This document shows, piece by piece, positions 7,175 through 16,319 of a stretch of DNA of 64,000 bases. The DNA comes from Pseudomonadota bacterium. GTDB taxonomy: Bacteria; Bdellovibrionota_B; Oligoflexia; Oligoflexales; CAIYRB01. The translations under genes were made by a program, and so were the position numbers. Below the pieces are notes generated by a model. It searched no databases. It saw only the letters and a list, made by a program, of their open reading frames with translations, and was not told where the DNA came from. The stretch lies in contig JAPLFY010000039.1 of NCBI GenBank assembly GCA_026390435.1, positions 41,163 to 105,162 of the forward strand, read 5' to 3'. Position 1 is the stretch's first letter, and each line of letters begins with the position of its first letter.

Positions 7175-8905
7175 TTGAAAGCCTTCGTATTTTCCCGCGA
7201 TAAGTTGTCATTCGAAGTCTTGGAGCGGGCGCTGCGAGATGATGATTTTAGTAATGTGAAGTTACTTTCGCCTAGTTTGCTCGGCCTAGAATCAGTCGGT
7301 GACTTTGGCTTGGCAAGCGTCATCTTCTTAGATTTGGATGCAAGTGATGCAGCTAGCTTGACGCGTGACCTACCGCCGCAGGTCCCAGTCATCTGTATTG
7401 GATCTCACGAAAGCATCAAGCGTAGCGCTGGAATTGCCAAACATATTTTGCGTAAACCTTTTTCCAAGGTGCAAGTGCAGAAAGTTATGCATACGGCGCT
7501 TTTTGAAATCGTGCGTTTGCCCCAACGAGAAGCCATCGCAAATGCAGATGAATCTGGTGTTGTAAACGATTTGAAGCGGCGCTGGCAGCAACGACTTGAT
7601 GCCATAAGCGCGCGTAGATCTGAGTTAGCGCTTATGCTTACGGCGTCTACTGACCAATTGCGTATTCTACTGCAAAAAAGCAATGACGAATCGTTGGATG
7701 CGGGGACACGCCTTCCCAATGTTGTCTTTCCGATGAATCATGCTCTAATTGTCGAATCGAGTGAGCAAAATGCTCGACAATTGATGCATAGTTTTGCCGC
7801 GAAGTGTGTCATGCAGGCTGATGTGGCTGAAGACGGCCAAACGGGTTGGAACCTACTAGCCACTGGTCCATACGATGTCTTGGTGTTGCGCTGGGAGCTG
7901 ACGCAACTCAGTGGACTAGCATTGTATAACCGGATTCGTGTCACGGAACGTTTTCGCTATATGCCTGTTGTCGTCCTCTCGTCTAAAGTTCAGGCGCAAG
8001 ACTTTCGTTTGTTGGATGAGGATTTGGCCGTTTCGCTATTGCCATTACCCGTCGGCGACAAGGCTTTAAGTGGAGCTCTCAGCAAGGTTGTTAGCAATGC
8101 AGCGTTAAGTCGTGAGTTTATCAACGATCTGATGGTGCTGGTACGCGAAATTCAGAGCCTGTCTTCGGCCAACAAGGACGATTTGTCGCCGAAGGGGCGT
8201 GACTACGATGAGCTGGTTACGAATGCGCTAAAAATCGTTGGTGATCGTTTTCTCGATGAGGCTAATTTCGAGGCGGCGGAGTGGTCCTATTCTGCGGCAT
8301 GGCGTCTCGGTGACCGCAGGCTGTCTCTGGTCACTGGCTACGGCAAGGCGTGCATGTTTTTGGGTAAAGTGGATGAGGCGATGCGTCTTATCTCGGTGGC
8401 TGATGCATTGGCGCCGAAGTCGGTCGAGCGACTCTGTCTCTTGGGGGAGCTTGAGCTTGGGCAGCGGCACTATGCGGAAGCTAGGCTGCAATTTGGCAAA
8501 GCGCTGGCGATTGACTCCGAAATGAAAAAGGCTGAGGCCGGAATTCTTGTTGCGGATGCCATCGAGAAGCAAGAGTCTTCGGAAGAACATAAGCCGCCAT
8601 TTGACCAGTTTGCATCGTACCTCAATCTCATCGGAATCAATTTATCCCGGGCTGGTCAAACCGACGAGGCTGTCACTTACTATGAATCAGCCATGTACTT
8701 TGTGCATAAGCCAGCGCAGAGGGCCAAATTATGGTTCAATTTGGGGATTTGCCACCTACGCGCTCGAATGCCTGTAGAAGCAAAAGCAGCATTTGAGCAG
8801 GCTGTTAAAGCCTCAGGTGGCACCATGACAAAGGCCGCAAAATATTTAGCGGACTCAGTAGAGTTAGTCGATAAAAGATCTTCATTAGATTTTGAGCTGA
8901 TGTGA
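7175..8905 (+). CDS. REC / degenerate-REC / TPR-repeat regulatory protein
   Basis: TTG start with an AAGGA RBS 6 nt upstream. REC1 keeps the Asp (VIFLDLD), Ser (ICIGSH) and Lys-Pro (LRKPF) positions. REC2 has Arg at the phospho-acceptor position (VLVLRWEL) and lacks the conserved Lys. The C-terminal half shows TPR-like helical repeats. Confidence 0.7.
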   Translation: MKAFVFSRDKLSFEVLERALRDDDFSNVKLLSPSLLGLESVGDFGLASVIFLDLDASDAASLTRDLPPQVPVICIGSHESIKRSAGIAKHILRKPFSKVQVQKVMHTALFEIVRLPQREAIANADESGVVNDLKRRWQQRLDAISARRSELALMLTASTDQLRILLQKSNDESLDAGTRLPNVVFPMNHALIVESSEQNARQLMHSFAAKCVMQADVAEDGQTGWNLLATGPYDVLVLRWELTQLSGLALYNRIRVTERFRYMPVVVLSSKVQAQDFRLLDEDLAVSLLPLPVGDKALSGALSKVVSNAALSREFINDLMVLVREIQSLSSANKDDLSPKGRDYDELVTNALKIVGDRFLDEANFEAAEWSYSAAWRLGDRRLSLVTGYGKACMFLGKVDEAMRLISVADALAPKSVERLCLLGELELGQRHYAEARLQFGKALAIDSEMKKAEAGILVADAIEKQESSEEHKPPFDQFASYLNLIGINLSRAGQTDEAVTYYESAMYFVHKPAQRAKLWFNLGICHLRARMPVEAKAAFEQAVKASGGTMTKAAKYLADSVELVDKRSSLDFELM

Positions 8906-8996
8906 AGTCAGCGTCAACGCTAACAGGGGTCGACCTCCCCAGGGGGTGTGATAGAATGTGCTCGTTGAGATCCTTCAGCAATTGCAGAGGCGCCCC

Positions 8997-9488
8997 ATGA
9001 AAGCAAAAACAATTGGTGATGTCGCGACCGCGCAAAGATCATTTTTAACTATTAATCATACTGAGCATTTAAGTGCTGCTGCTCGGGTCTTACGGACGGC
9101 TGGTGCACAGCCTTTGGTAGTCATGCTTGATGGAGCATTAGCAGGGCTGGTGACCGAGTCTGATCTTTTCGCGCGCGGAATGAACGATGATGGGTTGTCC
9201 CTTAATTCGAAGCTAACAGTCGCCGACGTCATGACAAAGATTGATTTGTTTGTCACGGAATCAACAACTTTGGCAGAAGCAATCATGGCCATGGAGCGCC
9301 AAGGTCCGTGGCTCCCCGTAACCAGAGATGGGCAGGTCGTTGCGCTGGTGACAGCCGTTGATCTTTTGCGCTTAGTCACTAGCCCGCAGCCAGGAGTTTT
9401 AACCCGCGCTGCGGAAGAGACAGAAGTCATGTTGAGTGCCCCGGTATGGCAGGGCTTGCTAAATTTGTTGGCTGAAGCGGGTATTTGA
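8997..9488 (+). CDS. CBS-domain pair protein
   Basis: Two CBS-like modules are present (VVMLDGALAGLVTESDL and LPVTRDGQVVALVTAVDLLR). The ATG at 8997 has an AGAGG RBS 6 nt upstream. The ORF track starts at an upstream GTG (8958). Confidence 0.75.
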   Translation: MKAKTIGDVATAQRSFLTINHTEHLSAAARVLRTAGAQPLVVMLDGALAGLVTESDLFARGMNDDGLSLNSKLTVADVMTKIDLFVTESTTLAEAIMAMERQGPWLPVTRDGQVVALVTAVDLLRLVTSPQPGVLTRAAEETEVMLSAPVWQGLLNLLAEAGI

Positions 9489-9502
9489 CGATTCACAACG
9501 CT

Positions 9503-10612
9503 TTAGTCCAAGCTCGCCAGGGCTTGATCTAGATCGGCAATCAGCTCCGCTATTGGCTCAATACCCACAGCTAGCCTTACGAGGTTACGCGGAGTCCGGG
9601 TATTTGGGCCCTCCATGGATGCGCGATGTTCGATGAGGGTCTCGACTCCGCCAAGACTGGTAGCTCGGTGAAGGTTTCGTACTGCAGCTATGAAGGCCAG
9701 GGCTGCGCTCTCGCCCCCTTTAACCTCGAACGATAGCAGGCCGCCACCAGAGCGCATTTGTGTTTTTCCCAGCAAGTATTGTGGGTGTGACGTCAGGCTT
9801 GGATAGTGCACTCGCTCGATCTGACGATGGCTATCGAGAAACTTGGCAATTTCTTCTGCGCTTGCACATTGAGTTTGAACTCGTAGCGTCATCGTCGCCA
9901 TGCCGCGCATGGTAAGCCAGCAATCGAACGGCGAGGGCACGGCGCCGCCGCAGATCTGAATGCTCCTAAGTCGCTCGGAAAGTGCACCTTGCTCACGGGC
10001 GACGAGCACACCGCCCAGCACGTCAGAATGTCCATTGAGATATTTTGTTGTTGAATGCAGCACTAGATCGCAACCAAATTTAAGCGGGTTTTGATTGAGC
10101 GGTGTGGCAAAAGTATTGTCACATAAGAGAGTGGCTTTGGCCTGTTTAGCAATGGTGCTAAGGGTGGTCAAATCGCTAAGCCTAAGGCATGGATTTGAGG
10201 GGGTTTCTACCCAAATTAGACGCGTATTGGATCGGACAGCTGCTTGCACGGTCTCAATATTGGTCATGTCGATGAAGTCGAAGGAAAGGCCCCAGCGCGG
10301 AAAAATCTGGCGCATCATCTCTTGGGTGCCGTGATAGCACTCCTGCGGTAGCAGGACATGATCGCCACTGCTTTGAGATAAAAATGCCGCCATCGACGCA
10401 GCTGTGCCAGACGCAAAGGCGATAGCAGTCGCGCCTCCTTCGAGGGTGCACAGAGCGTCTTCAAGTTGCTCGCGATTTGGGTTGCCGTGGCGAGTATAAA
10501 AATAACCGCCTGGATAAGTGCCGTCTGCATCCCGCGTGAACGTCGTACTCAGCTCAATGGGGGCAATGACTGCTCTACTTGGTGGCCGCTTTGGTTTCTC
10601 ATGAGATGACAT
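9503..10612 (-). CDS. PLP-dependent Cys/Met-metabolism enzyme (cystathionine gamma-synthase/beta-lyase family)
   Basis: It carries the family motif around the PLP lysine, HSTTKYLNGHSDVLGG, and N-terminal YTRHGNPNREQLE. Substrate specificity (MetB, MetC or MetZ) cannot be resolved by eye. Confidence 0.85.
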   Translation of the reverse strand: MSSHEKPKRPPSRAVIAPIELSTTFTRDADGTYPGGYFYTRHGNPNREQLEDALCTLEGGATAIAFASGTAASMAAFLSQSSGDHVLLPQECYHGTQEMMRQIFPRWGLSFDFIDMTNIETVQAAVRSNTRLIWVETPSNPCLRLSDLTTLSTIAKQAKATLLCDNTFATPLNQNPLKFGCDLVLHSTTKYLNGHSDVLGGVLVAREQGALSERLRSIQICGGAVPSPFDCWLTMRGMATMTLRVQTQCASAEEIAKFLDSHRQIERVHYPSLTSHPQYLLGKTQMRSGGGLLSFEVKGGESAALAFIAAVRNLHRATSLGGVETLIEHRASMEGPNTRTPRNLVRLAVGIEPIAELIADLDQALASLD

Positions 10613-10740
10613 AGAATCTCCTACGAGGCGAATCTCAACACCAAGTGGTGATGTAGAGAAACTGTTCGTATAAGATATTTATTATCTGGACCAATTGTTG
10701 TCAGGCATTAAAGCGCCAAACTGTCTGTTAAGTATTTTGC

Positions 10741-11673
10741 TTAGCAGAAAGCTGTAATGGTCTGCTTGATATCTTCGGAGTGAACCAGCTGCACATCGCG
10801 CGGCAATGACTTGCGCGCTAGTCCAAATAGTACTTTGCCGGGGCCGATCTCGACATAATCGCGACAGCCAAAAGCATGAGCAGCGGCCAGGGTTTGTGTC
10901 CACTTAACGGCACTGTTGATCTGCTCAATCAGTAAATTTGCGCCGTATTCTTGGGTGATTTCTGCGGTGAGATTTGGAATCACTCGCTCATTTGTTTGGT
11001 GGAATTTGGACGCTGTTAACAGAGGTGTCATTGCTTCCCGTGCTGGGAGCATAAGCGATGAGTGGAAAGGAGCGCTAACCGGTAAGATCACGAAGCGGAT
11101 CCCGCTCGTCTCTAGATTGGTGCACAGACGATCTACTGCCGTCTTGTGTCCGGCAACAACTAGCTGCTGAGGCGAGTTATAATTAACTACCTCAACTACT
11201 GAGTCGGGCCTTGAGGCATCCTTGCACCGACCTTGCAGGTCATCAGCGAGGGTATTCAGGACCGCGGCCATCGCTCCGACGCCAGCGGGCACGGCTTCTT
11301 GCATCGCTTCGCCCCGGCATCGCACCAGGTGAACCGCGCTCGCGAAGTCAAGCTTACCAGCCGCTACTACGGCCGAGTATTCACCAAGGCTATGACCGGC
11401 AAACAGTGTGGGTTTGATCCCGGTCTCTGCTTGCAGGGTACGCCATATAGCGATGCTTACAGTGAGTATACTGGGCTGAGTGTTTGCAGTGAGTTTAAGC
11501 TCATCGTCCGGGCCGTCGAAACACAAGCGCCGGATATTGAGCTTAGCTGCGTCTTCAGCCTCTTCGAAGGTGGATTTTACGGCGGGAAACTCAGCGAGTA
11601 AGGTGCGGCCCATGCCCACAAACTGTGAGCCTTGGCCGGGAAACATCGCGAGCATTTGTCCGCTATAAGTCAT
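10741..11673 (-). CDS. fabD: Malonyl-CoA:ACP transacylase
   Basis: FPGQGSQFVGMG and the active-site GHSLGEYSA motif are present, and the 310-aa length is typical. Confidence 0.9.
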   Translation of the reverse strand: MTYSGQMLAMFPGQGSQFVGMGRTLLAEFPAVKSTFEEAEDAAKLNIRRLCFDGPDDELKLTANTQPSILTVSIAIWRTLQAETGIKPTLFAGHSLGEYSAVVAAGKLDFASAVHLVRCRGEAMQEAVPAGVGAMAAVLNTLADDLQGRCKDASRPDSVVEVVNYNSPQQLVVAGHKTAVDRLCTNLETSGIRFVILPVSAPFHSSLMLPAREAMTPLLTASKFHQTNERVIPNLTAEITQEYGANLLIEQINSAVKWTQTLAAAHAFGCRDYVEIGPGKVLFGLARKSLPRDVQLVHSEDIKQTITAFC

Positions 11674-11679
11674 CCCTGC

Positions 11680-11898
11680 TTATCCTTCGACGTTGAAGTC
11701 CTCGCCGCCGAGATCGCCTTTGACCTTCGGTTGCACTACAACTTTACCCTTGTAGTTGCCACAGTTCTTGCAAACAGTGTGTGCAAGCTGGGCTTCGCCG
11801 CATGCGGAGCAATATGCGAAGCTAGTAGCTTTCAACGCGTGATGCGCACGGCGCATGTCGCGCTTGGATGCCGAGATTCGAAACTTTGGAACTGCCAT
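11680..11898 (-). CDS. rpmF: 50S ribosomal protein L32
   Basis: It begins MAVPKFRISASKRDMRRAHHAL and has a CxxC...CxxC zinc ribbon (CSACG...CKNCG). The ATG at 11896-11898 was chosen over the longer ORF-track start. Confidence 0.9.
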   Translation of the reverse strand: MAVPKFRISASKRDMRRAHHALKATSFAYCSACGEAQLAHTVCKNCGNYKGKVVVQPKVKGDLGGEDFNVEG

Positions 11899-11985
11899 GG
11901 CCCTACTCCAAAACAAACTGACGCACAAAAAACGAAGTTACCTCTTAGCGTGACTAAGTCGGAAAGGCAAGCGTTGAGCGTGGAA

Positions 11986-13581
11986 TTATTGGACGCCGGA
12001 CAGGATAATTTTCGTGCCGCCATCTGCCTTCCGGACCGAGCCGCTAACGTAGACACTGCCGCTGCTGCGTTCTAGTGCTGGGCCCCAGATTTTCTTAAAG
12101 AACACTCCGCGGATACTGCCATCGCTACCATTAAAGGTAATGGTGCAGGCAGCTTGGCACTGAGAAAGCGCATTTCGATCAAACGAGAGCGGTCCGAAGT
12201 TGCGGACTTGCGTCCCATCCACCAGACTCTTGACTCCACGGGAGGCGGTACTGGCAGCGGCTTTCGTGGCCGCCGGAGTAGATGCCGGAGTAGGTGCCGG
12301 AGTTGTGCTGGGTGTGGGTCCTGCGGTCGGGATCGAGGCGGGAATTGCGGCAAGCCGCGGCCGCGATTTTGTGCTGATAGTCGAATTTCTCACGGAGGGG
12401 AGCGCCACCTCGGTCGCGATGGATGCTGGTCGACTCCTGGCGATCTTCGGGCGGCTTACGCGCTGGCTTTTGCGGTTCGCGCGCTCAAGGCTCGGGCGAG
12501 GCTCATTATCCCGGCTGTTTGAGCTGCGGTTACTTGGATGTGTGGCCTGCTCATTTATGCCCAGCTCATCTTTGAAGACCGGTGGTGCGGGAATTGGTGT
12601 TGGCTGTAGCGGTCCTTCTGTCGGGGCATCGTCTGGCAGGTCCGGTGACTGTGCGCCGCCATCTACTCTGCCAGCGTCCGACATTGTAGCGTTAAATGAC
12701 GTTGTTTCCGTGCGTCGCGTCGAGGATTTGGGCGCGCGTCGCGTTGGGATGGGGTGAGAGTTCAGTGAGGTTGACGGCGATAGGCTCTTAAGGGGGTGTT
12801 TGGATTCCCATGCCAACCGGCCTGCTGCACCAAGCAGGAGGAGTGCTATTACCGTACCGATGATAGCGAAGGGAGAAATCGGAGTCTCATTTGCTGTGCT
12901 GGCTTTTGGCAAGGTGGTTAGGCTTCTAGTCAGGCGCGGGTGTGCGCCTAATTCTGCGGGGCGTCGTTGTCCGTTGCTGAAGACGGCTAGGAATTTACTG
13001 ACTGGTACTTGCGCTGAAGAGCCCTCGCGCATGACGCGTGCGCCCTGTGGTAGCACCCCACGATAAAACAAAGAGCGGATTTCTTCGAGGCTTAAAGGCC
13101 CCAACATACGTGCCCCGGCATCGGTTACATAATAGTGCTTCGGGGTGCGCTGACGTCGCGGTAATTGCTCTGCGGGTGGCGATTTAGCATCGGCGATGCG
13201 GACTGTGGTCTGAGGATCGGCTGCCAAATGAAGCGGTCCACCTCCTATGGCTGGTATTCCCGCGTTACCGGGGCGCCGACTTGGTTGGGTGAGTTCTGAA
13301 AAGGCTTGGCTGCGATCATGGAACTCGACATCGCCAAAGCTGCTCGCTTCGATGCCGTGGCCTTGGGGCTGGCGCACGGCGGTAGCATGCTCTTCAAAGT
13401 CCGGTTCTTGAGTGAGGAAGAGTTCGTCGACCTCCACGATTTCGCGACGTAATGACGACCCGTCGCGGCCCACCATGTCAAATGGGTCGATGGTTCCTTC
13501 CCGCAGGCCTTGCCGTACGGCTTCAGCGGTGAACGGCCCTAGTTGGCCAGATCCTTTATATATGTACCAGGCGTCTTTCAC
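11986..13581 (-). CDS. Membrane-anchored protein with two N-terminal GYF_2-like domains and a Pro/Thr/Ser/Ala-rich linker
   Basis: GYF_2-like modules are WYIYKGSGQLGPFTAEAVRQGLREGTIDPFDMV and HYYVTDAGARMLGPLSLEEIRSLFYRGVLPQGARV. There is one TM helix (FAIIGTVIALLLLGAAG), a long low-complexity PT/S-rich region, and a ~90-aa C-terminal globular part. Confidence 0.65.
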   Translation of the reverse strand: MKDAWYIYKGSGQLGPFTAEAVRQGLREGTIDPFDMVGRDGSSLRREIVEVDELFLTQEPDFEEHATAVRQPQGHGIEASSFGDVEFHDRSQAFSELTQPSRRPGNAGIPAIGGGPLHLAADPQTTVRIADAKSPPAEQLPRRQRTPKHYYVTDAGARMLGPLSLEEIRSLFYRGVLPQGARVMREGSSAQVPVSKFLAVFSNGQRRPAELGAHPRLTRSLTTLPKASTANETPISPFAIIGTVIALLLLGAAGRLAWESKHPLKSLSPSTSLNSHPIPTRRAPKSSTRRTETTSFNATMSDAGRVDGGAQSPDLPDDAPTEGPLQPTPIPAPPVFKDELGINEQATHPSNRSSNSRDNEPRPSLERANRKSQRVSRPKIARSRPASIATEVALPSVRNSTISTKSRPRLAAIPASIPTAGPTPSTTPAPTPASTPAATKAAASTASRGVKSLVDGTQVRNFGPLSFDRNALSQCQAACTITFNGSDGSIRGVFFKKIWGPALERSSGSVYVSGSVRKADGGTKIILSGVQ

Positions 13582-13807
13582 GCGAACCCTTCGCAGTTGG
13601 CGAGCGGTCTGCTCGCCTCATCTTTATCGGACAAAGTCTTGCGAAGTTCAGTGGTTGGGTGATTTTCTTGCAATGTGCCTGTCATTGGTGGGGCTTCCAA
13701 AGGCGGTCGAATCACCTTGCATATTGCGGTCTAAAACGCTACAGACGGAGCCGTCTGTTAAATGGCAATACAATGTCGTAAGAGCAATTATTTTCGAGTA
13801 CTTATCT

Positions 13808-14353
13808 ATGCGTTTGGGACTATCCGTCATCTCCGATCGAACTCCTGTGATCATCCGTGGCGACGAGCCGTGGTTGGAGCGGGTCTATAAAGATTTCCCC
13901 TTAGCAGAGGCAGCTGGTGGCCGACCGTTGCTGACGGCTAAACTGGAGCTAACCGCCGAAGAGTCCGGCGCTGTTTTGGTAGTCGGTGAGGTCTCTTACG
14001 CTCCCCGCGTCAATTGCAGTCGGTGTGCCCTAGTGATGAACTGGCCTATGCATATCGATGTGCGGGTGCGCTTCATCCCTGAACAAGCAAATGAGACACC
14101 GAAGGAAAAAACCCTGAGCCGAGATGAGCTCGACATCTATTTTATTGAGGATCATTCGGTTGATATCGAGCAGTTGATCATCGATACCATTGAGACTGCG
14201 ATACCAACTCAGTTTTTGCCAGTGGCAGAGGATGGGCATAGTTGTCGGGTCTGTAAGGTCGATACGCGCTCGGAACAGGTCTACGGGGTGGGTGCGGAGG
14301 CTGAGGAGTCTTCGCCATTTTCTGTGCTTAAAGGGTTGAAGTTGCCGCAGTAG
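13808..14353 (+). CDS. yceD: YceD/DUF177 family protein (large-subunit rRNA accumulation protein)
   Basis: The typical DUF177 layout is present, with a CSRC...C..C metal-site-like pattern (NCSRCALV ... HSCRVCKV) and an acidic middle (DELDIYFIEDHSVDIEQLIIDTIE). The ATG at 13808 was chosen. The in-frame upstream extension to 13412 is antisense to the GYF gene. Confidence 0.75.
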   Translation: MRLGLSVISDRTPVIIRGDEPWLERVYKDFPLAEAAGGRPLLTAKLELTAEESGAVLVVGEVSYAPRVNCSRCALVMNWPMHIDVRVRFIPEQANETPKEKTLSRDELDIYFIEDHSVDIEQLIIDTIETAIPTQFLPVAEDGHSCRVCKVDTRSEQVYGVGAEAEESSPFSVLKGLKLPQ

Positions 14354-14476
14354 ACGAGTAGGTTACGGGAGCCGTTTGCCAGTTGCAGGCGGTAATAATA
14401 GGCGGGCCGTCCGGCTTGAAGGTGTGCTACGGCACTTTGGACGACCGAGGAACAACCTTCACGAGGAGAGATTGAG

Positions 14477-15292
14477 ATGAGTGTTACGATCAACATGAAG
14501 GACATGCTAGAAGCTGGCGCGCATTATGGTCACCAAGCACGTCGCTGGAATCCAAAGATGAAGCCATACATCTTTGGCGAGCGCAACGGTGTCCACATCA
14601 TCGATCTTCAAAAGACGGTGCGTCTTTTCAAAAGTGCTTGCGACTTTCTTGAGCGGACCACGCAGCGCGGCGGTCATGTTCTTTTCGTTGGTACCAAGCG
14701 TATGGCTCGCGATTTAGTCGCAGAAGAAGCACTACGCGCTGGCCAGTTTTACATCAATCACCGTTGGTTGGGTGGCACGCTGACTAACCTCGTGACCCTA
14801 CGTCAATCGATTCACCGTTTGAAGCGCATCGAGAAGATGGAGCAAGACGGCACCTTCGATAAATTAGTGAAAAAAGAAGTGTTAGGCCTCCGCCGTGAGT
14901 ACGAAAAATTGGTCCGCAACTTAGGCGGTATCAAAGACATGCCGGGTCTACCTCGTGCTCTGTTTGTGGTCGATGCCCACAAAGAGTCGATCGCCCTACT
15001 TGAAGCAAAACGCCTCGGTATTCCAGTGGTTGCTATCGCTGATACCAATGCTGACCCAAATGGTATCGATTACTTGATCCCAGGTAACGATGACAGCTTG
15101 AAATCCATCCAACTATTTGTCCGTACTGCAGCAGAAGCTTGCATCGCTGGTAAACAGCGTTCGCGCGATCGTGGTGAGAGCGACGAGAAGTATGACTCGG
15201 TCGAAGCTGGTAAATTCCACGACAGCGAAGGCCACACTGTTGCTGTTGAGAAAGCTCGCAAGCCTGATGGCGAAGGCGACGACATCAACTAA
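14477..15292 (+). CDS. rpsB: 30S ribosomal protein S2
   Basis: MKDMLEAGAHYGHQARRWNPKMKPYIFGERNGVHIIDLQKT is present, with an AGGAGAG RBS upstream. Confidence 0.95.
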   Translation: MSVTINMKDMLEAGAHYGHQARRWNPKMKPYIFGERNGVHIIDLQKTVRLFKSACDFLERTTQRGGHVLFVGTKRMARDLVAEEALRAGQFYINHRWLGGTLTNLVTLRQSIHRLKRIEKMEQDGTFDKLVKKEVLGLRREYEKLVRNLGGIKDMPGLPRALFVVDAHKESIALLEAKRLGIPVVAIADTNADPNGIDYLIPGNDDSLKSIQLFVRTAAEACIAGKQRSRDRGESDEKYDSVEAGKFHDSEGHTVAVEKARKPDGEGDDIN

Positions 15293-15403
15293 TTTTAGTG
15301 ATCTGGTACTCCGGCGCTCATCGAAGCTAATTGAGCTCGCGCCGGTACCAGGTGCAAGCTTGTTTTTAATCATCTGACTATATGTAAATAGGAAGGTATC
15401 GAT

Positions 15404-16300
15404 ATGGCAATCACCGCAGCAATGGTCAAAGAGCTACGGGAAAAGACCGGCGTCGGGATGATGGAGTGTAAGAAGGCTCTCGCAGAAGTCGAGGGCGACA
15501 TGGAAAAAGCCGTGGTTTGGTTGCGTGAGCACGGCATGGCTCGCGCCGCTAAAAAAGAAGGCCGCGTTGCTGCCGAGGGCTTAGTTGAGGTGTTCGTGAA
15601 CCCTGAGCAAACTGCCGGTGTTCTCGTTGAGCTCAATTGTGAAACTGACTTTGTCAGTAAAAACGAAGAGTTCCGCACTCTGGCTCATGACATTGCTAAG
15701 CTGGCGTACCACCACAAAGCAAAAGGTCATGAAGAACTGCTAGGCCTTAAAATCGGTGCGCAGACTGTTAAAGAAAAACTGACCGAGTTGATCGCTAAAA
15801 TTGGCGAAAACATGAACCTTCGCCGCGTTAAAGTTTTGCACGCGACAAACGGTGTGGTCACGGGCTACTCCCACATGGGCGGCAGAATCGGTACTTTGGT
15901 TGTACTTGAGGGTGCTACCGGTCCGGACGTAGTTGAAATTGGTAAAGACTTGGCGATGCATGTGGCAGCAGCAGCTCCTCGTTACTTGGTTGAGACCGAA
16001 GTGAATGCAGAAGAACTGAACCAAGAGCGCGAGATTGCTCGCAAGCGTTTGGAAGAAGAAGGCAAGCCAGCTGAGTTGGTCGAGAAGATCTTGGTTGGTC
16101 AGATGAAGAAGTTCTACAAAGAAGTTTGTCTGATCGAGCAAGCCTTTATCAAAGATCCGAACGTGACCGTTCAGAAGTATGTAGATAATACTAAAAAAGG
16201 TCTCAAGATCGCTTCCTTTGGACGTTTCCAATTGGGCGAAGGCATTGAGAAGAAGAAAGAAGATTTCGCTGCAGAAGTTGCAGCGCAATTAAAGAAGTAA
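15404..16300 (+). CDS. tsf: Elongation factor Ts
   Basis: It has the UBA-like N-terminus ITAAMVKELREKTGVGMMECKKAL and follows rpsB, which is the conserved order. Confidence 0.95.
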   Translation: MAITAAMVKELREKTGVGMMECKKALAEVEGDMEKAVVWLREHGMARAAKKEGRVAAEGLVEVFVNPEQTAGVLVELNCETDFVSKNEEFRTLAHDIAKLAYHHKAKGHEELLGLKIGAQTVKEKLTELIAKIGENMNLRRVKVLHATNGVVTGYSHMGGRIGTLVVLEGATGPDVVEIGKDLAMHVAAAAPRYLVETEVNAEELNQEREIARKRLEEEGKPAELVEKILVGQMKKFYKEVCLIEQAFIKDPNVTVQKYVDNTKKGLKIASFGRFQLGEGIEKKKEDFAAEVAAQLKK

Positions 16301-16319
16301 ACTAGAGAAGTAGATATCC

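Noticed and set aside
6526-9488. Possible tRNA-associated genomic island downstream of tRNA-Leu
   Set aside because: I saw no integrase, recombinase or transposase, and no direct repeat of the tRNA 3' end downstream. The genes are regulators and small hypothetical proteins, not obvious cargo.
10613-10740. SAM riboswitch or T-box leader upstream of the Cys/Met PLP enzyme gene
   Set aside because: The 128-nt spacer is AT-rich and lacks the extended GC-rich helices and conserved boxes expected for either element.
12072-13066. Several plus- and minus-strand ORFs (e.g. 12154-12522, 12200-12757, 12800-13066, 12072-12353) inside the GYF gene
   Set aside because: They are shadow ORFs of a GC-rich, low-complexity (PT-rich) coding region. 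Their translations are Arg/Gly/Ala-rich and show no start signals.
13412-13807. In-frame 132-codon N-terminal extension of the YceD-like ORF
   Set aside because: The extension is antisense to the 5' end of the GYF-domain gene and has a Ser/Arg/Pro-rich, non-protein-like composition. The DUF177 homology begins at the ATG at 13808.
15740-16288. 182-aa minus-strand ORF antisense to tsf, with similar antisense ORFs in the amidase, frr, YdjC and Hsp70-like genes
   Set aside because: They are fully embedded in confidently identified genes on the other strand, and nothing independently supports them.
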